Of a stretch of 64,000 nucleotides of DNA, positions 48,898-59,044 are shown one piece after another. The notes under the pieces were generated by a model, which saw nothing but the letters and a program-made list of their open reading frames with translations, searched no databases and was not told the origin of the DNA. The translations under genes were made by a program, and so were the position numbers. Origin of the DNA: Alphaproteobacteria bacterium (GTDB lineage Bacteria > Pseudomonadota > Alphaproteobacteria > Micropepsales > Micropepsaceae); contig JAFAVT010000077.1 in NCBI GenBank assembly GCA_019242275.1, positions 9,474-73,473 on the forward strand, given 5' to 3'. The stretch's first letter is position 1. Every line of letters starts with the position of its first letter.

Positions 48898-49644
48898 ATG
48901 CTCCACAAAACTGCCATCGCCAGCCTTACGCTTGTTCTTTCCGCCCACAGCGCCTTCGCCTCCTGTCTCAGTGAACGCGAGACCGCGGCCTTAAAAATTG
49001 CCTCGCTGCAGCAGCGCCTGATGGTGGCCGGTCTCGCCTGTCGTGCCGATGAGGCCTATAACCGCTTTGTCCTGGCGCACCGCGCCGAATTGCAGCGCTC
49101 CGATGACGATCTCAAGGCCTATTTCACGGCCAATGGCGGCGAGGCGGGCTATGATTCCTACAAGACCAGGCTCGCCAATTTGGCCGCGCACGGTCCGGCC
49201 ACCGATCAGCAGGTCTTTTGCGACACCGCCGGCCGCGATTTTCGTGCCCTGAGCAACAGTGGCGATCTGTTGGCTCTTGCCGGGTATGAGGCCTTGCTGG
49301 TGGGCCGGCCCTGCGAGGCACAGGTCATGGCCGCGGCCGCGCCCATCACTGTCGCGGCGGCGCCCCTGCGGCTTGCCCGCAATGACGACGTGGTTGCGGT
49401 GACACCGCGCGAGCTACCGGCCATGCCCTACGCCGAGGCACCGCCGCCCCGACCCGCCCCGCAAGTTGCGGTGGCGACGCGCGAAGACAGCGCCGCAGCC
49501 CCACAGCCGGTGGCGGCAGGCCGTGACGACTATGCCGACCTTCCGCATGCGGCGCGAAACGATGATGCTTATATCCCGCCCCGTCCGGCGGCGCGCAGTG
49601 ACCGCTATTGGTATTACCGCCGGCTCTACCACGCGGGCAGTTAA
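48898..49644 (+). CDS. Secreted hypothetical protein (248 aa)
   Basis: Signal peptide MLHKTAIASLTLVLSAHSAFA is followed by a helical N-domain with 4 Cys. The C-terminal half is Pro/Ala/Asp-rich and ends in RYWYYRRLYHAGS. I recognise no family. Confidence 0.6.
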   Translation: MLHKTAIASLTLVLSAHSAFASCLSERETAALKIASLQQRLMVAGLACRADEAYNRFVLAHRAELQRSDDDLKAYFTANGGEAGYDSYKTRLANLAAHGPATDQQVFCDTAGRDFRALSNSGDLLALAGYEALLVGRPCEAQVMAAAAPITVAAAPLRLARNDDVVAVTPRELPAMPYAEAPPPRPAPQVAVATREDSAAAPQPVAAGRDDYADLPHAARNDDAYIPPRPAARSDRYWYYRRLYHAGS

Positions 49645-51908
49645 GAGACAGAAAAACCCTCCGGTGTGAGGCCGGCATGTCTGCGTTCCATCATCTTGCG
49701 ATAGGCCGCTTCGAGATTGCGGGTGAAGCGCGCGGTGTCGAACAGGGCGCAGGTGTCGCGATTGCGCGCCAATTTCGCCCGCAGCTTTGTCAGCCTGTCG
49801 TTGTCCCGCACCAGCGCCAGCGCCGCGTCCTCATAATCCGACAGGGTCTCACAGATCAGGTCCGGCAGTCCCGCTGCTTGAAGCAGGCTGGCCGCCACCC
49901 GGCCCGGAAAGGCGCTGCCGCGGCAGGTCAGCAGCGGCACGCCGGCCCACAAGGCGTCGCTGGCGGTGGTGTGGGCGTTGTAGGGCAGGGTGTCGAGAAA
50001 CAGATCGGCCAGCGCCAGGCGGGAAAGATGGTGCCCCAGGTCAACCATGGGCGCAAAGATAAGCCGGTTCGGGTCCACGCTCTGGCGCTCCGCTTCCCGG
50101 CGCAAATTTGTCACTGCCTCATCCTTGTCGTGCAGCAGCCATAACAGGCTGTTCTCGCAGCCGCGCAGCAGCCGCATCCACACTGCAAACACCTCCGGCG
50201 CCAGCTTGTAGCTCTGGTTGAAATTGCAGAACACGAACGCTTCATCCGGCAGGCCATGGTCGCTTCGCCGCGCCGGTGCCGGCCGCGCCCGTTTGTTGTC
50301 ATTGGCCTGATAGCTGTCCGGCAGCCAGACCACGGCTTCATCATAAAATCGCTGCTCGCCCTCCGGAATCACCACGCGGTCGGCGATGATATAGTCCATA
50401 TACTCTGCGCCCAGCGTGCCCGGAAAACCCAGATAATTGACCTGCACCGGGGCAGACCGGGCGGCAAAAACACCGATGCGCGGCTTGCCGAAATAGCCGT
50501 TGAGATTGACCAGGATATCAATTCCCGCATCGCGCACCGCCGCGGCAGCCTCAGCGTCCGACAAATCTGCGATGGGAATCAGGCGATCAAGGGCCTTTTC
50601 CAGCCGCGCCCGCATCGGGCTGCCATCGCTTTGGTCATTGTCAAACGCGATCACTTCAAATTGGCCGCGGTCGTGCGCTTCATAGACTCCCGCCATCAGA
50701 TAGGCGGTGGCCTGCTCGCGAAATTCCGCCGAGACATAGCCGATGCGAATGCGCCCGCCCGAACGCGGCGCCGCCGGTGCCGGCGGCGCTGTCGCATAAG
50801 CTTCCGCTCTGGCAAAAATCCGGGCGCATTGCTGCAGCGAGGCGGGATCGGCGCTGATGGCCTGATAGGCAAAGGGCCGGATCACTTCGCGTCCCGCGGC
50901 GATGGCCGCCGCCAGCGAATGCCGCGCCGCCTCAAAACCATCCCACTCGGCCGCTTGCATCTTCAAATAGGCAAGATCGCCTTCCAGCCAGGGCTGGCTG
51001 GGCTCCAGTTCCAGAGCGCGCGCAAGATCGGCCCGCGCTTGCGCATAGCTGCCCCCAACCGCCCAGCGCAGATGGCCGCGATTGGCCAGGGCAATGGGAA
51101 AATCAGGATTAAGGCGCAGCGCCGCGTCAAAACTTTCCAGTGCTTGGCTGTTGCGGCCAAGCCGCCGCAGCATGGCGCCGCGGCGATTCCAGATGTCGGC
51201 ATTGCCTGCGTCCAGCGCCAGCAGCGTGTCGTAATCTCTCAGGGCTTCGGCGGCGCGCCCCACGGCACCCAGCACCAGCGCCCGGTTGGTCAGTGAGGGA
51301 ATATGGCCGGGCTGAACCGCCAGGGCGTGAGCAAGATCGGTGAGCGCCCCCATGACATCATGTTCGCGCCACGCCAAAAGGGCGCGGTTGTTCAACGCAT
51401 CAATATGGTTCGGCGCCCGGCGCAGCAGCCGATCATAGCCCGCCCGGGCTTCGTCCCCGCGGCCAAGATCGGTTAGCACCAGCGCCTCTAGAAACGCCGC
51501 CTGCAGATGATCGGGATTGAGCGCCAGCGCTTGGACAACGGCGCCAATGGCATCAGCCCCGCGCCCGGCTTCCTGCAACGCCGCCGCCTTCTGATAATGC
51601 CCCTCCGCCAAATCGGGCTTGAGGGCAATGGCCTGCTCCAGCGGTCCCAAGGCATCGCCGGGCCGCCCCAGATGGCGCATCGCCATCCCCAGATTGACCA
51701 GAGCCGCGACATCGTTGCCGCGTCTTGCAATCGCCGCTTCGAGGAAGCTCACGGCCTCGGCAAAGCGGCCCTGTTGCATGCAGAGCGTACCCAGAAAATA
51801 ATGCGGCTCGAACCGGCTGGGATCGCGCGCCAACGCCCGGCGATAGAGAGTTTCCGCTTCCGCCAGCTTTCCCTGCCGGTGCAGGATCAGTGCCTCTTCC
51901 AGCGACAC
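49641..51908 (-). CDS. TPR-repeat protein fused to GT41 (SPINDLY/OGT-like) glycosyltransferase
   Basis: 755 aa with about 10 TPR units in the N-terminal half. The C-terminal half (RIGYVSAEFREQATAYLM...VNYLGFPGTLGAEYMDYIIAD...FCNFNQSYKL...DTLPYNAHTTASDALWAGVPLLT) matches the O-GlcNAc-transferase-like family. GTG start lies 3 nt after the maeB stop. Confidence 0.85.
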   Translation of the reverse strand: MSLEEALILHRQGKLAEAETLYRRALARDPSRFEPHYFLGTLCMQQGRFAEAVSFLEAAIARRGNDVAALVNLGMAMRHLGRPGDALGPLEQAIALKPDLAEGHYQKAAALQEAGRGADAIGAVVQALALNPDHLQAAFLEALVLTDLGRGDEARAGYDRLLRRAPNHIDALNNRALLAWREHDVMGALTDLAHALAVQPGHIPSLTNRALVLGAVGRAAEALRDYDTLLALDAGNADIWNRRGAMLRRLGRNSQALESFDAALRLNPDFPIALANRGHLRWAVGGSYAQARADLARALELEPSQPWLEGDLAYLKMQAAEWDGFEAARHSLAAAIAAGREVIRPFAYQAISADPASLQQCARIFARAEAYATAPPAPAAPRSGGRIRIGYVSAEFREQATAYLMAGVYEAHDRGQFEVIAFDNDQSDGSPMRARLEKALDRLIPIADLSDAEAAAAVRDAGIDILVNLNGYFGKPRIGVFAARSAPVQVNYLGFPGTLGAEYMDYIIADRVVIPEGEQRFYDEAVVWLPDSYQANDNKRARPAPARRSDHGLPDEAFVFCNFNQSYKLAPEVFAVWMRLLRGCENSLLWLLHDKDEAVTNLRREAERQSVDPNRLIFAPMVDLGHHLSRLALADLFLDTLPYNAHTTASDALWAGVPLLTCRGSAFPGRVAASLLQAAGLPDLICETLSDYEDAALALVRDNDRLTKLRAKLARNRDTCALFDTARFTRNLEAAYRKMMERRHAGLTPEGFSVS

Positions 51909-51911
51909 GCG

Positions 51912-54194
51912 CTAGGCGACGCCGCGGTTAAGGTCCGCCTGCGCCACCGCCAGCGCCGTCATGTTGACAATGCCGCGCGCCGTCACGCTCGACACCATCA
52001 CATGCAGCGGCTTGGAAACCCCCAGCAACAGAGGTCCCACCAACAGCGCCTCGGTCGCCGCCGACAGCAGGGTGAGCGCAATATTGGCGGCGTCCAGCGA
52101 CGGCATCACCAAAAGGTTGGCCGAGCCGGTGAGGGGACTGGAGGAAACCAGCCGGCTGCGCAACGTCTCGCTCAGCGCCGCGTCGGCATGCATTTCGCCA
52201 TCCACTTCCAGATCGGGCGCGGTGCGGCGTAAAATCGCCAGGGCATCGCGCATCTTGTGCGCCGCCGGCGAAGCCGAAGTGCCGAAGCTGGAATGCGACA
52301 GCAGCGCCGCCTTGGGCGCAATGCCAAAGCGCGCCACTTCCCGCGCCGCCAGCACTGTCATTTCGGCAATCTGTTCGGCCGTCGGGTCAAGATTGACGTG
52401 GGTGTCGCAGAAGAACAGCGCCCCCTTGGGCAGGATCAGCACCGACAGGGTATAGACCCGGCTGACGCCCGCGCTTAACGGGATGATGGGCCGGGCATAG
52501 CCGAACTGCCGCGTCCAGGCGCCCAGGCCGCCCACCAGCGCCGCATCCACCTGGCCGTCCGCCAGCAGCATGGCCGCGGGAACGGCGCGGCGGCTTTTCA
52601 TCCAGCGCCGCGAGGCATCGGGGGGAATGCCGCGCCGCTCCACCAGATGTTCATAGCGCTGGGTCAGCGGCGCCATGATCTCGCCATCCAGCGCCGGATC
52701 AACGATGTGTACCTGTTTGTTGAAATCCAGCCTCAGGCCAAGCTGTTTGCTGGTTTGCATGATGACGGGCCGGCTGCCGATCAGCACCGGATGGGCAAGA
52801 CCTTCATCCACCACCGTCTGCACCGCGCGCAGCACGCGCGGGTCCTCGCCTTCGGCATAGGCGATCTTGCGGGGGCTGCGCCGCGCCACTTCGAACACCG
52901 GCCGCATCAACTGGCCGGAGCGATAGACGAACTTTTCCAGTTCCCGCTGATAGGCCGCGAAGTCGGAAATCGGCCGGCGCGCCACGCCGGTATCCATCGC
53001 TGCCTTCGCCACCGCCGGAGCGATGGAAAGGATCAGGCGGGGATCAAACGGCTTGGGAATGATATAGTCGGGACCAAAGCCGCTCATCGCCCCGCCATAG
53101 GCCTGCGCCACCACATCGGAAGCCTCGGCTCGGGCCAGGGCTGCGATGGCTTCCACCGCCGCCACCTTCATCGCTTCATTGATGGTGGTGGCATCCACGT
53201 CCAGCGCGCCGCGGAAAACAAAGGGAAAGCACAGAACATTATTGACCTGGTTGGCATAGTCGCTGCGGCCGGTGGCGATCACCGCGTCGGGCCGGGCGGC
53301 GCGGGCGACATCGGGCAAGATTTCCGGATCGGGATTGGCCAGGGCCATGATGATGGGTTTGGCTGCCATCTGCCCGAGCCATTCGGGCTTGAGCACATTG
53401 GGCGCCGAAAGCCCCAGAAAGACATCGGCTCCCGCCAGCACTTCGCCCAGCTTGCGGGCATCGGTCTTTCTCGCATAGCGCGCCATATTGGGCGGCATGT
53501 CATCGCCCCGGCCGGCATAAACCACACCCTTGATGTCGGTGAGCGTGACATTGGCCACCGGCAGGCCCATTTCCACCAGCAGGTCCACACAAGCCAGGGC
53601 CGCTGCGCCGGCGCCCGATGTCACCAGCTTGATGTCGCGCAATTGCTTGCCTTGCAGCACCAGGCCATTGCGGATGGCAGCGGCGCAAACAATGGCGGTG
53701 CCGTGCTGGTCGTCATGGAAGACCGGAATCTTCATGCGCTGGCGCAGCTTCTGCTCGATGACAAAGCATTCCGGCGCCTTGATGTCTTCCAGATTGATGC
53801 CGCCGAAGGTGGGCTCAAGCGCCGCCACCACGTCCACAAAGCGGTCCACTTCAGCCGCATCCACTTCCAGGTCGAACACGTCAATGCCGGCAAATTTCTT
53901 GAACAGCACCGCCTTGCCTTCCATCACCGGCTTTGAGGCAAGCGGGCCGATATTGCCCAGCCCCAGCACAGCGGTGCCGTTGCTGATCACCGCCACCAGG
54001 TTGGAGCGGGCGGTATAATCACGAGCGCTGGCAGGGTTGGCGGCAATTTCCAGACAGGGGGCGGCGACGCCGGGGGAATAGGCCAGGGCCAGGTCGCGCT
54101 GATTGGCCATGCGCTTGGTGGCCTCGACCGACAATTTTCCCGGCCGGGGATTTTTGTGATAATCCAATGCGGCCTTGCGAAAATCCTCGTCCAT
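51912..54194 (-). CDS. maeB: NADP-dependent malic enzyme (malic enzyme domain plus phosphotransacetylase-like domain)
   Basis: Start [27 protein letters not shown] (ATG 54194). It has a GAGAAA Rossmann motif and a PTA-like C-terminal half. About 760 aa. Confidence 0.95.
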   Translation of the reverse strand: MDEDFRKAALDYHKNPRPGKLSVEATKRMANQRDLALAYSPGVAAPCLEIAANPASARDYTARSNLVAVISNGTAVLGLGNIGPLASKPVMEGKAVLFKKFAGIDVFDLEVDAAEVDRFVDVVAALEPTFGGINLEDIKAPECFVIEQKLRQRMKIPVFHDDQHGTAIVCAAAIRNGLVLQGKQLRDIKLVTSGAGAAALACVDLLVEMGLPVANVTLTDIKGVVYAGRGDDMPPNMARYARKTDARKLGEVLAGADVFLGLSAPNVLKPEWLGQMAAKPIIMALANPDPEILPDVARAARPDAVIATGRSDYANQVNNVLCFPFVFRGALDVDATTINEAMKVAAVEAIAALARAEASDVVAQAYGGAMSGFGPDYIIPKPFDPRLILSIAPAVAKAAMDTGVARRPISDFAAYQRELEKFVYRSGQLMRPVFEVARRSPRKIAYAEGEDPRVLRAVQTVVDEGLAHPVLIGSRPVIMQTSKQLGLRLDFNKQVHIVDPALDGEIMAPLTQRYEHLVERRGIPPDASRRWMKSRRAVPAAMLLADGQVDAALVGGLGAWTRQFGYARPIIPLSAGVSRVYTLSVLILPKGALFFCDTHVNLDPTAEQIAEMTVLAAREVARFGIAPKAALLSHSSFGTSASPAAHKMRDALAILRRTAPDLEVDGEMHADAALSETLRSRLVSSSPLTGSANLLVMPSLDAANIALTLLSAATEALLVGPLLLGVSKPLHVMVSSVTARGIVNMTALAVAQADLNRGVA

Positions 54195-54398
54195 GCGGAA
54201 AAGCGGCCCCCAAAATTGCTTGCTAACGCGTCCGGCAACAGGCCGGACAACAAGGAAACTGGCCCGCGGCCGGAGGCAAAGCAACTGTTTTTGACCGATC
54301 TTTACGTCCCGGAACGGCCCCTCTTTGGCTACGTTTCTGCAACGGGCGTGAGAGAGGCATAATGGGCCAGGATCAGCCCCCAAAGCAGCGGAGCGAAG

Positions 54399-55397
54399 AT
54401 GCAGCTAGGAATTGTCGGCCTGGGGCGGATGGGGGCCAATATCGGGCGGCGCCTGATGCGGGCGGGCCATGAGATAGTGGGCTTTGACGCCTCGGCCGAC
54501 GCCGTCAAGGCCTTGGAAGGGGCGAGACCGGCGGCTGACCTTTCTGCCCTGGTGGAAGCATTGAAACCGCCCCGCGCCGTTTGGGTTATGCTGCCGGCGG
54601 GGCGCATCACCGAAGAGACCATCGCTCATCTGGGGCAATTGCTTTGCCCGGGGGATACCGTGATTGACGGCGGCAACACGTTTTACAAGGACGATATCCG
54701 CCGCGCCAAGGCGCTGGCCTCCAGGCAGATCACTTATATTGATTGCGGCACCTCCGGCGGCGTCTGGGGCCTGGAGCGCGGTTACTGCATGATGATCGGC
54801 GGCGACAAAAAGGCAGTAGAACGGCTCGATCCGCTTTTCGCCGCCCTGGCGCCGGGTGCGGGCACAGCCGAAAAGACCAAGGGCCGCGAAGGCCGCGATC
54901 CCCGCGTTGAACAGGGCTATATGCATTGCGGTCCGGCCGGCAGCGGGCACTTCGTCAAGATGGTGCATAACGGCATCGAATATGGCCTGATGCAGGCCTA
55001 TGCCGAAGGCTTTGATGTGCTGAGGGGCAAGAACTCGCCCGATCTGCCGGAAGATCAGCGCTTCCAGTTGGACCTCACCGATATTGCCGAAGTCTGGCGG
55101 CGGGGCAGTGTGATTTCCTCCTGGCTGCTGGACCTGACCGCGGGCGCCTTGGCACAGTCGCCCAATCTGGAGAATTTCGGCAACAAGGTTGCCGACAGCG
55201 GTGAAGGCCGCTGGACGATTGACGCCGCGGTAGAGGAGGCGGTGGCCGTGCCGGTGCTGGCGGCCTCGCTTTTTGCCCGTTTCTCTTCCCGCATGGAAAA
55301 GAATTTCGGCAACCAATTGCTGTCGGCCATGCGCCATGCCTTTGGCGGCCACAAGGAGGGCGAGATCAAGCCCCTCAGCAAGCAGTCCAGCGAATGA
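54399..55397 (+). CDS. gnd: 6-phosphogluconate dehydrogenase, decarboxylating (short, YqeC/Gnd-like form)
   Basis: 332 aa: [30 protein letters not shown]...[28 protein letters not shown]. Confidence 0.9.
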   Translation: MQLGIVGLGRMGANIGRRLMRAGHEIVGFDASADAVKALEGARPAADLSALVEALKPPRAVWVMLPAGRITEETIAHLGQLLCPGDTVIDGGNTFYKDDIRRAKALASRQITYIDCGTSGGVWGLERGYCMMIGGDKKAVERLDPLFAALAPGAGTAEKTKGREGRDPRVEQGYMHCGPAGSGHFVKMVHNGIEYGLMQAYAEGFDVLRGKNSPDLPEDQRFQLDLTDIAEVWRRGSVISSWLLDLTAGALAQSPNLENFGNKVADSGEGRWTIDAAVEEAVAVPVLAASLFARFSSRMEKNFGNQLLSAMRHAFGGHKEGEIKPLSKQSSE

Positions 55398-56119
55398 ACA
55401 TCGCCGGCACGCTGGAAGTGGTAAAAGATGCCGATGCCCTGGCCGCCAGGGCGGCAGAGCTTATCGCCGCCCAGATTAAATGCTGCCAGGCGCCGTTTCG
55501 CCTGGTGCTGTCGGGGGGCGCAACCCCCATCTCCACCTATCGCGTTCTGGCCCGGCGAAAAGACATAGATTGGCCCTGTGTCGAGATTTTCTTCAGTGAC
55601 GAACGCTTTGTTCCGCCCGATCACCAGGACAGCAACTATCGCATGGTGCGCGAAACCTTGTTGGCGGGGGCCTCGGTCAAACCGCTCAAGCTCTTTGCCG
55701 TCCCCACCGACGACACGCCGCAAAGCGGCGCTGACCGCTATGACGAGATGCTGCGCCAGCAATATGGCGCCGGCGAGCTGGAAGCCGGCGTGCCCCTGTT
55801 TCACCTGACGCTGCTGGGCCTTGGCGAAGACGGCCACACCGCTTCGCTGCTGCCGGGCCAGCCGGTACTCGAGGAGCGGGCGCGCTGGGCAGCGGCGGTG
55901 CCGCAAGGCCGCGAGCAGCCCCGCATCACCCTTACCTATCCGGCGCTGGAAGCCAGCCAGACCATTTTGTTTTTGGTCTCGGGTGCCGCCAAGCGCGACG
56001 CCCTTGCCCAGGCCCGCGGCGGCGCCTTGCCGGCCGGCGGTCTTCAGCCGCAGGGCGAGGTGATCTGGCTGGCCGACGCACTGGCCGCCGGCCGCGATGA
56101 CCAGGGTTACGGCTTCTGA
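55394..56119 (+). CDS. pgl: 6-phosphogluconolactonase
   Basis: 241 aa: LSGGATP...[16 protein letters not shown]...[13 protein letters not shown]. Its start overlaps the gnd stop. Confidence 0.9.
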   Translation: MNIAGTLEVVKDADALAARAAELIAAQIKCCQAPFRLVLSGGATPISTYRVLARRKDIDWPCVEIFFSDERFVPPDHQDSNYRMVRETLLAGASVKPLKLFAVPTDDTPQSGADRYDEMLRQQYGAGELEAGVPLFHLTLLGLGEDGHTASLLPGQPVLEERARWAAAVPQGREQPRITLTYPALEASQTILFLVSGAAKRDALAQARGGALPAGGLQPQGEVIWLADALAAGRDDQGYGF

Positions 56120-56898
56120 TGCCGAAAACTTACAAACGCATTCTGGCTTTTGACATTGGCGGCACCGGCCTCAAGGCGGCGCTGGTAGATGCCAATGGCC
56201 ACTTTCTTAGCGAGCGCCTGCGGGTGCCAACGCCCCATCACTGCAATCCCGCAAAGATGCTGAAGCTGCTGGCGCAGATGGCGAAGGCATTTGACGGCTA
56301 TGACGCCGTCGCCATCGGCTTTCCCGGCTATGTGAAACGTGGCGTGGTCCATACCGCGCCCAATCTGGGCACCAAAGCCTGGGCGGGCTTTCCGCTGGAG
56401 AAGCGACTGTCGAAGCTGCTCGGCAAGCCCACGCGCCTGCGCAACGATGCCGATGTGCAGGGCCTGGCCGCCATCAGCGGCAATGGTCTGGAATTGGTTG
56501 TCACCTTGGGCACCGGCTTCGGCACCGCCTGGTTTCATGATGGCGCGCTCCTGCCGCATCTGGAGTTCGCCCATGTCCCGGTGCATCACAAACATGATTT
56601 TGACGGCTGGATCGGCGAAGCCCAGCGCCTGAAGATTGGTCATAAAAAGTGGAACAAGCGGGTGAAGGAGACGATCGAAATTCTCGAAACGGTTTTCAAC
56701 TATGACCATCTCTATATCGGCGGCGGCAATGCCAACCGCATTGACTTCAAGCTGCCGGCCCATGTCAGGCTGACGCCGAATGAGGACGGCATGGCCGGCG
56801 CGGCTTTTGTCTGGAATTCCAAAAGTCCTAGGAAGACTTCCGGAACGAAGAAATCGCCAGGCAGACAAAGCCGGCGATCAAAAAGCCGCCGCCGATAG
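56119..56898 (+). CDS. ppgK: ROK family glucokinase (polyphosphate/ATP glucokinase-like)
   Basis: ILAFDIGGTGLKAALVD...NDADVQGLA...TLGTGFGTA. About 25 aa of basic C-terminal tail (PRKTSGTKKSPGRQSRRSKSRRR) run antisense into the next gene. Confidence 0.82.
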   Translation: MPKTYKRILAFDIGGTGLKAALVDANGHFLSERLRVPTPHHCNPAKMLKLLAQMAKAFDGYDAVAIGFPGYVKRGVVHTAPNLGTKAWAGFPLEKRLSKLLGKPTRLRNDADVQGLAAISGNGLELVVTLGTGFGTAWFHDGALLPHLEFAHVPVHHKHDFDGWIGEAQRLKIGHKKWNKRVKETIEILETVFNYDHLYIGGGNANRIDFKLPAHVRLTPNEDGMAGAAFVWNSKSPRKTSGTKKSPGRQSRRSKSRRR

Positions 56899-57190
56899 GC
56901 GTCAGCGGCCCCAGCCACCAGGGCGCCCCCAGGGCCAGGGCATAAAGCGAAGCGGAGAACAGCATGATGCCGGCCAGAAAAAAGCTCGGCGACAGCCGCG
57001 ATCCGGCCAAAGCGGCCAGCCCCATCGCCAGCGCCCCATACATGTGATAGCGCGCCGCCGTCTCCCACACTGTCATCATGTCGGGGGCCAGATGAGCGCG
57101 AAGCAGATGGGTGGCGGACGCGCCCGCCACCACAGCGAGCGCCCCATTGACCGCGGCAATCCCAAGCCATAAGCGCATGGCGGCAAGCAT
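56828..57190 (-). CDS. DUF423 (YgdD-like) membrane protein
   Basis: Four TM segments: IAAVNGALAVVAGASATHLL...AARYHMYGALAM...AGIMLFSASLYALAL...GGGFLIAGF. The start is uncertain (57178, 57190 or 57208). Confidence 0.75.
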   Translation of the reverse strand: MLAAMRLWLGIAAVNGALAVVAGASATHLLRAHLAPDMMTVWETAARYHMYGALAMGLAALAGSRLSPSFFLAGIMLFSASLYALALGAPWWLGPLTPIGGGFLIAGFVCLAISSFRKSS

Positions 57191-57206
57191 AGGGCCCAAA
57201 GCCGCC

Positions 57207-57983
57207 ATGACAACCGGATTCGCCATTGCCGGCGACGGCATCCGCCTGGCTTTCGAGACGGCGGGCGAGGCGTCAGGTCCGCCGGTGCTGCTGGTGCATG
57301 GCTTTGGCTCCAGCCGTGGCCAGAATTGGAAATCCACCGGCTGGTATTCCACCTTGACCGAAGCGGGGTTTGCCGTTCTGGCGATGGATTGCCGCGGCCA
57401 TGGCGACAGCGACAAGCCTCGCGATCCCGCCGCTTACGGCCATGACCGAATGGCGGAAGATGTCGCCGCAGTGATGGATGCGGCCGCCATTCCCGCCGCC
57501 CATTATTGCGGCTATTCCATGGGCGGCTTTATCGGCCTGCGCTTTGTTGCCGCCCATCCTCATCGGGTGCTGAAGCTGGCGCTGGCCGGCGTCGGCGGCC
57601 ATTACCTGGACGGCCCCCGCATCAGCGATCCCAATTCCCGCGATCTTTTGGCCGAAGCCTTGGAGACCGACGATCCTTCCGGCCTCACCGACAAACGCGC
57701 CATCATGTTTCGCGCCTTTGCCAACCAGCCGGGCAAGGACCGTTTTGCTCTTGCCGCCTGCATGCGGGCGATGTCACCGCGACTGCCGCCGGAAGCTTTG
57801 GCGCAGATTGCCCAACCGGTGCTGGTGGTGTGCGGGGAAAATGACGACATCGCCGGACCTGCGCAAACGCTGGCGGCGCAATTTCGCCATGGTTCGGCCA
57901 TCAGCGTGCCGGCGCGCGATCACATGACGGCCGTTGGCGATCAGAAAACCCGCCGGGCCGTAGCGGCGTTTTTCAGTCGCTGA
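57207..57983 (+). CDS. Alpha/beta hydrolase fold protein
   Basis: Start MTTGFAIAGDGIRLAFETAG. Oxyanion region LLVHGFGSS, nucleophile elbow GYSMGG, and a C-terminal His region (ARDHM) are present. Confidence 0.88.
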   Translation: MTTGFAIAGDGIRLAFETAGEASGPPVLLVHGFGSSRGQNWKSTGWYSTLTEAGFAVLAMDCRGHGDSDKPRDPAAYGHDRMAEDVAAVMDAAAIPAAHYCGYSMGGFIGLRFVAAHPHRVLKLALAGVGGHYLDGPRISDPNSRDLLAEALETDDPSGLTDKRAIMFRAFANQPGKDRFALAACMRAMSPRLPPEALAQIAQPVLVVCGENDDIAGPAQTLAAQFRHGSAISVPARDHMTAVGDQKTRRAVAAFFSR

Positions 57984-58042
57984 CCCGGCAACCCGGTTCC
58001 GGTCCCATTCGTTTTCTTTACCGACGGCAACATCCTGCCGCA

Positions 58043-58072
58043 CCGTGTTGATCCGTAGACGGATCAACACGG
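58043..58072. promoter_or_regulatory. Perfect 14-bp inverted repeat (CCGTGTTGATCCGT-AG-ACGGATCAACACGG)
   Basis: Read directly. It lies 60 nt after the hydrolase stop and 174 nt before the Crp/Fnr-family gene. It contains TTGAT and ATCAA half-sites. Confidence 0.6.
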
Positions 58073-58245
58073 ACTCTGCTTCTGCACCGGAGCGTCTGCA
58101 TGCGCCGCGCGATAGAAAAAACATTTGATGCGAACGCAAAAAGCGCCGCGTATGTCGTACGCTTCCGTACTGAAAAAGACATAGGATTTCCGCGGCTTAA
58201 CGCTAAGTTCGAAGCAAGAAAGCGGCGCGACTCAAAAGGTGCCGC

Positions 58246-58998
58246 ATGAGTGGGAACCTCACACTGGACCGGCCGCTTGTGAACATGGATGCGTCGCATC
58301 GTGCCGGTATCCGCAATCGGCTGCTTGGCAAATTAAGCCCCAAGGATTGGTCGCTGCTGCAACCGCATCTGGAAGCGGTGAGCTTGCGCGAGCGCCAGGT
58401 GATCGAGGCGCCGCAAAAGCCCATCGCCCATGCCTATTTCCTGGAAATCGGCGTCGCCTCGGTGGTCGCGGTGGACAATGAGGATCACCGCATTGAAGTG
58501 GGCGTCATCGGTTATGAAGGCGTCACCGGCGTGCCGCTGATCATGGGCGATAACCGGGCGCAGCATTCCACCTATATGCAGATTCCCGGCAGTGGCCACC
58601 GCATTGCCGCCGACCGTCTCTGTGCCGCCATTGAGGACAGCCCATCGCTGCGCAGTCTGCTGCTGAAATCGGCCCAGGGCTTCATGATTCAAACGGCGCA
58701 CACCGCGCTCGCCAATGGCCGCGCCAAGCTGGAAGAGCGGCTGGCCCGCTGGCTCCTGATGGCGCATGACCGCATGACCAGCAATGCCGTGCCGCTCACC
58801 CATGAATTTCTGGCGGTGATGTTGGGGGTGCGCCGGGCCGGCGTGACTGTCGCCATCCATTCCTTTGAGCAGCGCGGTTTTGTCACGACAAGGCGCGGCG
58901 AACTGACGGTGGTCAATCGCCCCGGCCTGGAACGTGTCGCGGGCAGTTTCTACGGCACCCCGGAAGCCGAGTTGGAGCGGCTGCTGGGCACGGTCTGA
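58246..58998 (+). CDS. Crp/Fnr family transcriptional regulator
   Basis: 250 aa with a cNMP-binding-like N-domain. A C-terminal HTH is present (THEFLAVMLGVRRAGVTVAIHSFEQRGFV). I see no N-terminal Fnr Cys cluster. Confidence 0.88.
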   Translation: MSGNLTLDRPLVNMDASHRAGIRNRLLGKLSPKDWSLLQPHLEAVSLRERQVIEAPQKPIAHAYFLEIGVASVVAVDNEDHRIEVGVIGYEGVTGVPLIMGDNRAQHSTYMQIPGSGHRIAADRLCAAIEDSPSLRSLLLKSAQGFMIQTAHTALANGRAKLEERLARWLLMAHDRMTSNAVPLTHEFLAVMLGVRRAGVTVAIHSFEQRGFVTTRRGELTVVNRPGLERVAGSFYGTPEAELERLLGTV

Positions 58999-59044
58999 AA
59001 ATTCTCGCCTCGGCATGGCGCCATCGGTATGGTCGCGCCCGCCC

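Noticed and set aside
58043-58072. Calling the palindrome a canonical FNR/CRP box
   Set aside because: TTGAT and ATCAA are separated by 10 nt, not the canonical 4. I kept it only as a non-canonical operator or hairpin candidate.
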